DNA of 47,549 nt. Origin: Folioceros fuciformis (Eukaryota). The notes under the pieces are model-generated. The model worked only from the letters and a program-made list of their open reading frames with translations. It searched no databases and was not told the origin of the DNA. The DNA is taken from contig JBNGIO010006183.1 of NCBI GenBank assembly GCA_049999805.1, forward strand, positions 1 through 47,549. Reading direction: 5' to 3'. How positions within the stretch are numbered: the first letter of the stretch is position 1; each line of letters begins with the position of its first letter. Made by a program: the position numbers and the translations under genes. Positions 37,230-47,549 of the stretch are shown piece after piece.

Positions 37230-40200
37230 ACTGTTACATTACACAAGACGAGCGTGTTAACCGATGACAGTACATGTGTGGAACATCGTGTTCCATAACT
37301 TCGCCTGACACGGACCAACAGAGATAATAAACCTAGATCGCCATTGCAGCCACAGGTTCCTGACGCAGATTACAGGCAATGGGCATCCTTCTCGCTGGGC
37401 ACTCGGTTGTTCCGTGTCAGAAGGTGAGGAAAGCAGGAACATTCGGCTTCAATGCGTCACCAAAGGCTGGCGCGGAGCTAGCATCCATACCTGGCAGGTA
37501 TCATACCCGTAATGGATGCGCGTCAATCAATGTTGTGAAAAGGCCTCATCCGGTCCATATTTTAACTGCCTAGGTACTGTATATATACATGACATACAGT
37601 ATGTCCAATTTTCCTCGAAGTGGACGAAATATCTAGACAACGCTCTTTACTATCGCCAAGCAGCTCATCACCTAGGTCTGGTCGATGTATCAGCGGGGCT
37701 AATGGCCTTTAAATTTGGGGAAATTGAGAGCATGGAGCATGAGCTCTCAGCCTGGCCGGCAGGCAGTAGTGAATCACACAATCCAACGCTCTTGAAGAAG
37801 GGATATCATCATTCCCCGGCCCGGTCCTGTGATGAGACGCCATCGAACAAGGTACAGTATGTGCCCACCTGTGCGTGTACTTACACCTACCAGGCCACCA
37901 GCACTCTGGCGCCCTCAGGCCCAGGCCTGTTTGATTAAAGCAGCTGTAGCTGCAGCGTGAGCCGTGCTCCTTACGCGGCATACTGCCAGCGGCCCCTGGC
38001 CCCAGCCAGACTGTACTTAAGGCTCGCCAGAAATCATTGCACGCGATAGTTGGGAATGTCACTCGGCCTCACGTACAAGTACATGCAAGTACTTCCTGCC
38101 AGTGGGCGGTCTTAAGGCCAGGACGACCATTAGCGGCTTCCCACGCAATGTGGGTCCACTTGTTCATGCATACGAGCCTGCGGCTACAAAATGAAAGGAC
38201 ATGAATTTGACAGCCCCGCTGGGCCAAGCCAGGCCGGCCTCGCGCTCAGGGTCTCCTCACAAGTTCAGCTACAGGTGGCCCCTTGGCGATTCGGTTCCAG
38301 ATCTGTATACGGGACTGGAGCCGCTTCAGAGTCGCTTACACACTCGTTGTGTCTGAATTAACTCCTGGACCCCTGGAGCCTAGAGTCACCACGTCGAAGT
38401 CGCCTTCATCTGGCAGCACCAGCATCGCAGAAGAAGAACGCGTTAGTGCCGGCGTCGCCATCGCCCTGTGAGTCCTGTGACGGTGAAATGGCCTTCAGCT
38501 ATTTCACGTGAGGAGTAACCCTGACGGAGTAGACTGTTACGCTGTAGTTACGCCTTCAGACAGGCGCGTAGGACACGCCAGTAACGTCAACTCCTGGGCA
38601 GATTGCGAATCTGAGCGAGCCGAGCACACGCGGGACAAGGGTGAAAGCAACCTCGTGCTCATCCCTAGCTAGGCGTGCCATGTTGTTGCCTGGCACTTGG
38701 CTTTCACAGCGGCCCCACCTTCTGCCTCGCCTGACCTCAGCTAAGCTTCCTCCTTTCCAGTCCTCGCTCCCAATCGCTTGCGTCCAGCTTGATACCAGCA
38801 CACAACATTCCAGAAGACCGGACAGCGACTCATGTAGGCCAGGCATGGGCCCTGGGCCGCCCTGGCCCTGGACCAGCGGGTGGTGGCAGAGGGGCGGCGG
38901 GCAGCTCGAGAGCCACTGCCGTCGCCTTCACCCTGGCCCGACGCAGTGTTCTCCTTTCCAGTCCTCGATCGCTTGCTTCCAGCTAGCGTAAAAACTTCAG
39001 GAGGTGAGCGAAACACGTTAGGCTTGTCTTGGGCCGTGGTCCAGGAGCAGTCTGCAGGGCAGGGTGAGGTGCAGTCGCCTTCACTCAGAGCTCCAACTCG
39101 CTCCCGGGCCTAAGCAGCTCACTGCAAAATCACAGCTCTCGTCTCGCCACCTGCTGCTCCAGCCCAGCGCCAAAACCTGAGCTAGGTTTATGACGACAAC
39201 AATACGGAATATCTGTGTATTGAGTATGTATAGAGCAACATACGTAGTGGTAGTTGTAAGACTTACCTCGTTGCTGCTCGCCTCTGCCGCTCGCTGTTCG
39301 ATCGTGCGCTTCGGGATAGCCCAGCCGCAGGGACAGCGCTCAAACCAAGTTTCCCAAACCGGAAAGTATGGTCCTCCTGCCATCGGAAACCACAATCGCA
39401 TCGAAAACCCTAAACATCGGACAGTGCATATGGCATGTCTATCCTAGCCAAAAAGGGTCTTTTGTTACATGTCAAACTATAATAAAGGAGAATGAACATC
39501 ATCTTAATATACAATATTAATTTATAAGATAATATTTATAAAATTTATATTTTAATTCTCATCCATATAGAATAAAATTTATTTTATTCTTTTAATATAG
39601 AAGACTAATTAAAAACATACCAAATGTTAATAAAATTTAAAATATTATGTATAATCTAATGTTAGTAGTGGTTTCTGCAAATGGTAATGATGAAACTAGA
39701 AATCAAAGCGGATCACATCCATAGTATGGCGGCAGCTAAAGAACATATTTAGATATCACAGGGTATAACGATCAGAGGATGGCAGTGGCTGAAGTACATA
39801 GATATCCAAGTATATCATATCCCAAGGATGGCGACAACCAAAGTTGATATCAAAGAATATCACATCCATAGTATGACGACAGCCAGCTAAAGTACGTATA
39901 TATATACATAAATAGATATACAAGCATATAACATCCTTAGTATAGTGGCAGTTGAAGTAGATGTATCAAACCATATGACACCTAAAGTATGGTGGCTGGA
40001 ATTAAAGTAGATATCAATGCATGTCACATCTGTAGTAGTATGACATGGTGGCGGCTAAAAGTAAGAATCAAATCATATCAAGTCCGATCGTCCGTAGTAC
40101 AATAGTGGCTGAAGTACAAATCAAAGCATGTAACGTCCATAGTATGGGCAACGGCTTAAGTAGATACGAAACCATATCACACGTAGTATGGCAGCGACTA

Positions 40201-41575
40201 TATGCTATTCTTAGTGGCTGAAGTACAAATCAAAGCATATAACGTCCGTAGTATGGGCAACGGCCTAAGTAGATTCGAAACCATGATAAGAAACCATACC
40301 ACACGTAGTATGGCGGTGACTATATGTTATTCTTAGTGGCTGAAGTACAAATCAAAGCATATAACGCCCGTATTATGGGCAAAGGCTTACGTAGATAGAT
40401 ACGAAACCATCTCACACGTAGTATGGACGGCGACTAAAGTACATAGACGCCAATGCATATCACATCCGTTGTATGGCAGCGGGCTGAAGTAGATTTCATT
40501 TGTTGTATGACGGCGGCTATAGGCTGCGGTGCGGTATATAGATTTCAATGCATATCACATTCGTAGTACAACGGCTCTTAGAGTATATATGAAAGCAATC
40601 ACATCTATATCTGTTGTCTATTTCACTCCAGGCTCAAAGCACTACACTAACAAGTACATCGATACATGTGTTTGACAGTCAGATCAAGCATGTCATATCC
40701 CACATCTAGTTCGATTCAAAAAATACATACATAGGTAGATGTAGGTCTTTAGCACAACCACTATGGCACAATAATTTTGAATGTTCATAGTGTGGCTTAA
40801 GCCATACAAAGAGTGATTATGTACTTTGATTTCACCATATAGTATGAATGCCCTTCTGAAACTTAAGTTTAAAGATATTTTCATTGCAAACATGTGCGTA
40901 TGTACACTTCACTTCTGTTGTTTTGCCTAGTTATCAATCATGTAGTTACTCTTTGTATCAAGTTGTTGAGATAATATAATATAAATAAGAGATATAAAAA
41001 TGATCATCGGTTTCATATTCTTGTAAGTATGTATGATCGATATCAGCTGGGATTTCACAGTATATATGTAGTGTGATCATCAAATTATAGTTATTGAAGT
41101 GGTGTATATTACACAGTATCCATCCATCTCTATAGTTGTTGAGGATATAGATGTATGTATGTAGGTATGGTAGCTTTAGTTTTTATTCTTTTTTGTTGGG
41201 AGAGATCAGCGCGGGGTCTCGGCGTGCACGAGCTTACGTATTAGCGGTGAAAGGCGGGTTTGGTGAGCTGAGAGCTGCCACATCGTGGTGTCCGTGAGGT
41301 AGCCGTCGTTGAGGCTGCGCGTCCGTCTGCTTTCTCTCTCGCGGGGCCTGCCTCGCATTCCCTTCATTGGCATCTGCCCGGTTCCGATCTGGTGGTGCGT
41401 GTGGCCAAGTTTGTCGTTCGCGCCTCTGCTCGTTAGCGGCGACCGCGTCTCCTTGCGGCCTCCTCGTTGCCACCTGCCCGGTTCTGCTGTTCTGCGCGCT
41501 CTGGTGGTGAGTCCCGAACCTCGCTCTTCATCTGTGTCCTTCAGGGGCGTCCTCGTCGACTGCTTGCACGTAATC
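37230..41575 (-). repeat. Copy 3 (most complete) of the triplicated unit, interrupted by an AT-rich insertion at ~39330-41200
   Basis: 37230-38960 matches copy 1; 38100-39320 and 41240-41575 match copy 2. Confidence 0.8.
39700..40600. repeat. Degenerate ~45-bp satellite with a higher-order ~110-120-bp repeat (3 copies, 40103-40440)
   Basis: Recurring gtagatatcaaagcatatcacatcc(a/g)tagtatggcggc; tagtggctgaagtacaaatcaaagcat at 40103, 40213 and 40335. Confidence 0.85.
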
Positions 41576-41973
41576 CCTTTGCTGTTTTTGCTGTGTGTGA
41601 ATGATGCTGTTGAGCCTCGGTTGAGATGAGTAGTGACCTGGGAATCCTCTCTTTGGTCATGCTGTCTGTGAAGAGAGGCTTCCCAGATCTCGCTCCTTTC
41701 GTCTGTAACGCGCGAAAGCTAGGAGAAGCGTTTGCCTCCCACTTTCGAGCTTGACATTGCTGCTGTGACTCTGCTTGCTGTAGCTCTAGCTCTTACTGCA
41801 GCTGTAGCTAGCTTCTGAGTCTCGCTGGAGCGACGGATGGATCGGGGCAGCCGCTCTTCACATATTGATGGAAGAGCGGTTTCTCAGATCCGTGACTCCA
41901 CAACGTTAAGGGCTTGGGACTGCCAAGCATATGTTCTTACAGTGGGTCTTTGCGTGTTGACAGGTTTGCAGCA

Positions 41974-43931
41974 ATGGCTTCTTCTGCTGCTGCCGCTGAT
42001 AAACCCACAGGCTTTGCTGCTCGGGATTTCGAGCTCGAAGCGCTCACGCGTGGGGCTACGTTTGTACGGGGTCCCGTCATTGTGGGAGCCGGCCCTGCGG
42101 GACTGGCCACCGCTGCGTGCCTGACGCAGCATGGAATTCCCTATATGATCCTTGAGCGGGCTGACTGCGTCGGCTCGCTCTGGAAGCATAAGACGTACGA
42201 CCGTCTTCATCTTCATATACCCAAGGACCATTCTGAGCTTCCTTATATGAAGTTCCCAGCGGTTTACCCCGCCTACCCATCGCGTCAGCAGTTTCACGAA
42301 TACTTGGAACGTTACGCTGAGGAATTTGACATCCGCCCGCTGTTTAACCACAGCGTTGTTGACGCAACATACCTGGAGAGGATCAAGATGTGGCGAGTCG
42401 TGACGTCGTCATGCGAGGTCGCCAACAACGGTGACCATCCCAAATGGGATAGATCTGTTTTTCTAGCGAAATGGTTGGTGGTCGCAACAGGAGAGAATGC
42501 GGATCCTGTCATTCCATCCATTGCCGGCGTTACGGACTTTTGTGGGACTGTGTTCCACAGCAGTCATTACCGCAATGGCCGGGAGTGGTCTGGGAAGAAG
42601 ATGCTCGTGGTGGGTTGTGGAAACTCCGGGTTCGAAGTGTCGCTGGACCTGGCGCATCATGACGCCAAAACAAGCCTCGTAGTGCGAAGCCCGGTGAGTT
42701 ACTCTGTGTTTCATGCACTCCCAAATTGCTGCTTTGCGACACATTATCTCTCTCTTCATGTCTTGTCACCTTGGAATTTCTTGACGATCAAAACAACGAG
42801 CTCATTCGCATTACGTTGGTCTTGTTCATATGCTGCAGATGCACGTTCTCCCCCGGGAGATGTTTGGGATATCAACTTTTGTGGTGGCAACCACTCTCTT
42901 GCGTTACCTGTCCTATCAATACACCGACATGCTGGTGCTTCTGTATGCACGTTTCGTCATGGGAGACACAGCCAAGTGGGGCATACCGCGGCCCTCGCTG
43001 GGGCCTCTTGAGCGCAAGGACAAGGAGGGCATTACTCCTGTTCTGGATGTTGGCACACTGGAGATGATCCGAAGTGGGCGTATTCAGGTAAATTGTGATT
43101 TTCTGAGTGCACCTGGTGTGTTGGCATCGCTCTGCGTATACAGACCTGCCTGCTGACGAGCCTTCTGCTCGAGATCGTAACTGTCTGCGATTTTCTCTGG
43201 ATCTTGAAAGGTTGAATTACAGTGGGTGTACGATGCTGCCTCGAGACGAGGCATTTGAATTAAGCTTTGCGTTGACTCCCTGACTACTTCCTGCAAGGTT
43301 ACTGGAGGCGTGAGCAAAATCACTTCGACAGGAGCGATCTTTGAGGACGGTTCTTTCCGAGAATTCGACTGTATCATCTTCGCTACCGGGTTCAGAAGCA
43401 ACGTTCCCAATTGGCTTCGGGTAATTTTGTGCTTACTTGTTGGAATAATACAATTTAGCATATGAGCTGAAAGCCTGGGATTTTATTAATTTATCTGCTC
43501 CGGACTGGACTGTTTTAAGTCGTTTTCTCAAGGGCATGGGATGTCTAACTGCTGTGCTCAGTCAAGGTCTGGGATGTAAAACATATGGGAATGAGTTTGT
43601 TGGCACTCTCTACCTGCAAATCCAAAGTTTCCTCACTATTAGCTTGTGAAGTCCTCACTATTAGCTTGTGAAGTAGATGTCATATGCTAGATTTAATTAC
43701 GTTCAAACTTTCACTTGGCTTGGTAATAATATTGTGTTCTGTTGTATGGATGATACTCAGGATGACCCCACATTTGGGTTGAATGGAATTCCAAACATAC
43801 CTTTTCCTCATGGTTGGAAAGGACAAAGAGGTCTATTCACAGCAGGTTTTACCAAGAGAGGCTTGAAGGGTGCAGGAATGGATGCGCATAATATCGCAGA
43901 ATATCTGAGCAAGTTGAAAATGACATTTTAG
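41974..43931 (+). CDS. YUC: YUCCA-type indole-3-pyruvate monooxygenase (copy 2), 4 exons
   Basis: Exons 41974-42693, 42839-43087, 43298-43420, 43761-43931. Motifs [74 protein letters not shown]. Confidence 0.95.
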
Positions 43932-44098
43932 AATGAAGTTAGAGGTTTCGATTTGGAATAATGTTGCTTAGAGCTTGGTTCACTAAGCACTAGACTTGTG
44001 CCCAAGCTTTTGACTTTAAATATGCATAGTTTTGTTTTACACTTGAGGGATCAAGTTGAAGTCAACATTCAGACCCTACTTTTTACTAGAAGTAATAA

Positions 44099-44258
44099 GT
44101 GTGTTATGCACTCAAAGTTGGTACATTGCATGTGCTAACACTGTTGCTGGAAGTTAGTGTGCTCTGCGCTCAAAATTGGTATGCTGCATATGCTAGAACT
44201 GTTGTTAGAAGTTAGTGTGCTTTGCACTCAAAGTTGGTATGCTGTAGATGCTAGAACT
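44099..44258. repeat. ~58-bp tandem repeat, about 3 copies, downstream of YUCCA copy 2
   Basis: gtgtg(t/c)t.tgc.ctcaaa.ttggta..(t/c)tg(c/t)a.(g/a)tgcta recurs at about 44099, 44158 and 44215. Confidence 0.8.
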
Positions 44259-45557
44259 AAAAACTCACTGTGTGCCCTAATTACCTAAACTTGTTATTCA
44301 TATTGCAAAGCCTCACCAGTGAGTTTCTATTATAAAGTTTCACTATTAAATGCTTATTATAAGATTTTGGATTAAATTCAGATTAATTTGCTATGTTAAA
44401 GTTAGTGCTATCATCCATCCTCTTGCAACCCGAAAACAATGCTGGATTCACCCGCACCCAAAGGCAATATGGTAAGTCCTAGCAACTCCTACTCCCAGCA
44501 GGATCTCCTTGGGAATTACGTATTTCCTCGAATGTTCCAAATAGCCCACTCCTATCGCACCGAGAAACTTTCCTCCCATTCTCTACATAACAGGATAAAA
44601 GAAAAACTCAAATACTTATCGAACCCGTCTCGTAAGTCTGCTTGCTCATGACGTTGGGACCACCGTTGGGACGGTTCCCACTATTATAGAGGCGATGTCG
44701 AAATGTTGAGTGGTGGATTTGCAACTTCAACAACGTCTGATGCCTCGCCAAGTGTAGGTCCTGCCAATTACAGCCGTACCGCCACAACGTTCTGGTCTTG
44801 TACCTGTGCCTCCATCACGCTGGCACAGTCACATCCCACTGCGTCCACGTTCTGCACCATGAGCTCGTCGGGCTCTCCTGACCCAACGTCCACCACACCG
44901 TCCAGTCTCAGCTGATTTTCATGTCTGAGGTAGTTTCGTTATTGTCACTGAGATTAAACTGAAGTTCATCTGAAAGTGGAACAGACAAGGTATTCTCCGA
45001 CTCTCGCACATACATTCGAGGACTATTACAGAGCAAAATGCGATATCCAGAAACAAGGCAATCAGAAAAGATTATCAATCACATAGAGGGCACAAGGTGA
45101 AAAACCTCAGCGCCGTGGTATTGCGTTAGGACGACGAAGACATCCATCTACGACAGAAGGCGCAAATGGCTGGGCGCACATCACTGAGCAACCCAATTCC
45201 GAGCCACGAAAAAACGGCTCGATCACGCGAACGTGGCAGACCTGGTTGCAAGCCGTGAACCGCCGCTGTAGAAATTCGGTCCAAACAACATTAGCTATGC
45301 ACCAGTTTAACGTGTTCCTCCGTGTCGGGGGGCCAACACTTGTCGGCCGGCGACCCAACAGCGGGCCGTGGAGACCATTTCTTCTGGCTGGTATGCTGCG
45401 ATCTCGTTGCATGGCTCACCTTGTCCACAAGCCAAAACGCTGCACTCGTACATACCAAAGAGCTCAACGCTTTGATGAGATGAACACATTCGTCCATCCA
45501 GGCAGCAATGTCAAAGCTCCAGCAAGCTGAAGGTTGTGGGTTGAGACGCGAGCAACA

Positions 45558-47549
45558 TCAGCGCGTCGTTACTTTCCGCTTCACCTTCCTCCTACCAGGT
45601 TGAGCTGGTCGCAGAGGTTGACCTGATGACGGTTGCAATGATGCTGCTTGACCTGGAGAACCTCCATCCGATGATAATGGACCTGTTTCCGGAGTTTCCT
45701 TCAATTTGCTTTGCCCTTTCTTGTCACCAAACAGATCTGAGATGTGTCCTGCGTGGGGTATGACCCAACCCCCAAAGGATTCTGCTCCCAGAGATGGTCT
45801 ATGATAAGCTTTCTGCTGTCCCTCCAACTGTACAGCAGGGCCAACATCCATGCCAAGCCAGCTTACTCGAGATGAATCCCCAACGTAGATATTCAGAAGC
45901 CTGGAAGGAATCATAAATAAGAAACGTGAGTAAAAAATACCAGAACCTGAAAGATGCGAAACCTTTAACAGAACAGAAACAGCATAGTGACACACCTTAA
46001 AAGTGAGCTGAATGCAATCACCGCACCAACACTGTTGAAACTCTGCTGCATGACTCTCTCTGCTCCGTAGAGAAGTTGGTACCGTAAGTTGCCAGAGAGT
46101 CCCAGAAACGCTCCATAAGCCAGAGCACTCAGGCTGGCTGATGGTCTTGGGACCGAAGGTCTGCAAAATGTCAAATGCGTTCATTTAACAGTAACATGAT
46201 TGTAAATCCCCAGCTGGATACAATCTTTGCCGACGTGCTTACTTCTCCGTCCGCTTGCTGATGACATCCTTCACCCTCGAAAGACCAGCCCCAACAGCTC
46301 CAGAGACCGTACCCACAAGACTCAATTCCGCACACTTGTAAAGGAAGCTGTACACTCTTTTTCGTGCATCAAACTCCCGTAGAGGATAGCTTCTATCAAA
46401 GACATTATTTGGCAGCTTCTGGATTGCATTTTGGAATTCGTACTTGAACGTGTTCCCATATGCCCGGCTGGGTGCAAGTGCCCAGCAGATAGCCATATTA
46501 CAGACGGCCATTGTGAGAACATTGGCAGCTGCAATATGCCATTCCTCCTTTATCCTGATGAAAAATATTTGAATAAGAAGTCGTGCACAGATAAACTGTA
46601 CTGAATAGTGGTAGCACCGACGGGAACCAAATCAGCCAGCTGCAAAGATTTCTAGACTCCACCTTTCGCCTCGGTGCCGGATTTCCCACCAGACGCCATA
46701 GCCAATAGTAGCAGCCTGTTCAAGAACCAACTTGGCCATGAATGATGGATCTGCAATTAAACTGTAACACAAAGTCACCGTGATTTCAGTCGCATACTTG
46801 CGCTGTGCATTCCGCTGAAGCGTTCACAGTATGACAAAAAGGTTCAAGACCTTGTTGCCTGACTGTGAACACAAGGGATTTACGATTACATAGCAACTCC
46901 AAAACCAGAACACTGAGCTCCACACTCACCGACCAATAAAAGCCCTCGATATTGACGCGGGTGCAAGCCGTGACACTGTTCTGGCCAGCGTGGGCCGTGA
47001 ATTAATAGCCAAAAACCTGATCATCTGTGCCGAACTAATCAAGCCCTGTCAATCATGGCAGAATTTAGTAGCGGATATGTTGGCGATATAACTCAGAAGT
47101 ATGGACCAATCTAAAACAAACACTAACCAGCTCCACAGCTTGACGAATTCCTGCTGGCATGTCACTGGCTGTCCTGAACCATTCTTGAAGCACAGCCTCC
47201 ACTACGTTCCGATCAAACAACTGCCATCCACGATCCCAAGCGTCAATCAAACCTAACTTTCTACTACAAAGAAGCCAGAAGAGAACTCACAAGCTAAGCC
47301 CAGATGTCACTGTCACAGAACACACCAAACGAAATCCTCCTCAGAGCCAGTCAGGACGAAACAAAATTTGATAATCCACTGCAACTGAAACCCCGAATGT
47401 AGGTATCCCAAAACCCTGGCAAACCCACCTCGGGAACAGCAATCCGCCTGCCAAAGATGCCACCATCGTCGCCATCATCTCCATCGTCAGCCTCCCCAAA
47501 ATAGTCATCATCATCCCCCCCATCGTCTCCCCCATCTCCCCCGCCGTGA
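45558..47549 (-). CDS. DUF3411 / RETICULATA-related plastid envelope protein; 5' end lies outside the window
   Basis: Exons >47549-47429, 47220-47128, 47045-46930, 46761-46663, 46554-46243, 46160-45996, 45900-45558. Gly/Asp-rich N-terminal stretch, FDRNVVEAVLQEW, FIGRLIADPSF, RIKEEW, QKLPNNVF, GAFLGLSGNLRYQLL. Confidence 0.9.

Noticed and set aside
1-47549. A dedicated biosynthetic gene cluster (YUCCA plus DGAT1 acyltransferase plus others)
   Set aside because: DGAT1, MON1 and the DUF3411 gene look like ordinary housekeeping orthologues; nothing in the sequence links them to the YUCCA genes.

Overview
Land-plant nuclear DNA with compact genes and short GT-AG introns (about 65-340 bp). The gene style suggests a non-seed plant such as a hornwort, but that is inference only. 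From left to right the window holds: the 3' end of a probable LOB-domain (LBD4/12-like) gene; a decayed PLS-type PPR remnant and a decayed SNM1/beta-CASP fragment; a 14-exon MON1/SAND gene; an ~8 kb nest of degenerate Ty3/gypsy LTR-retrotransposon pieces in both orientations with tandem arrays; a 16-exon DGAT1; two intact YUCCA flavin monooxygenases arranged head-to-head about 17 kb apart; and the 3' part of a DUF3411/RETICULATA-related gene. The most unexplained signal lies between the two YUCCA genes. It is a ~2.4 kb unit present in three diverged copies, broken up by AT-rich insertions, whose copy-to-copy differences look codon-like on the minus strand. It may be the remnant of a multi-exon gene family that I cannot identify, and its head sits about 400 bp upstream of the second YUCCA start codon. 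Assembly gaps are at 4077-4086 and 25242-25341. All family assignments come from motif recognition by eye, with no database search.
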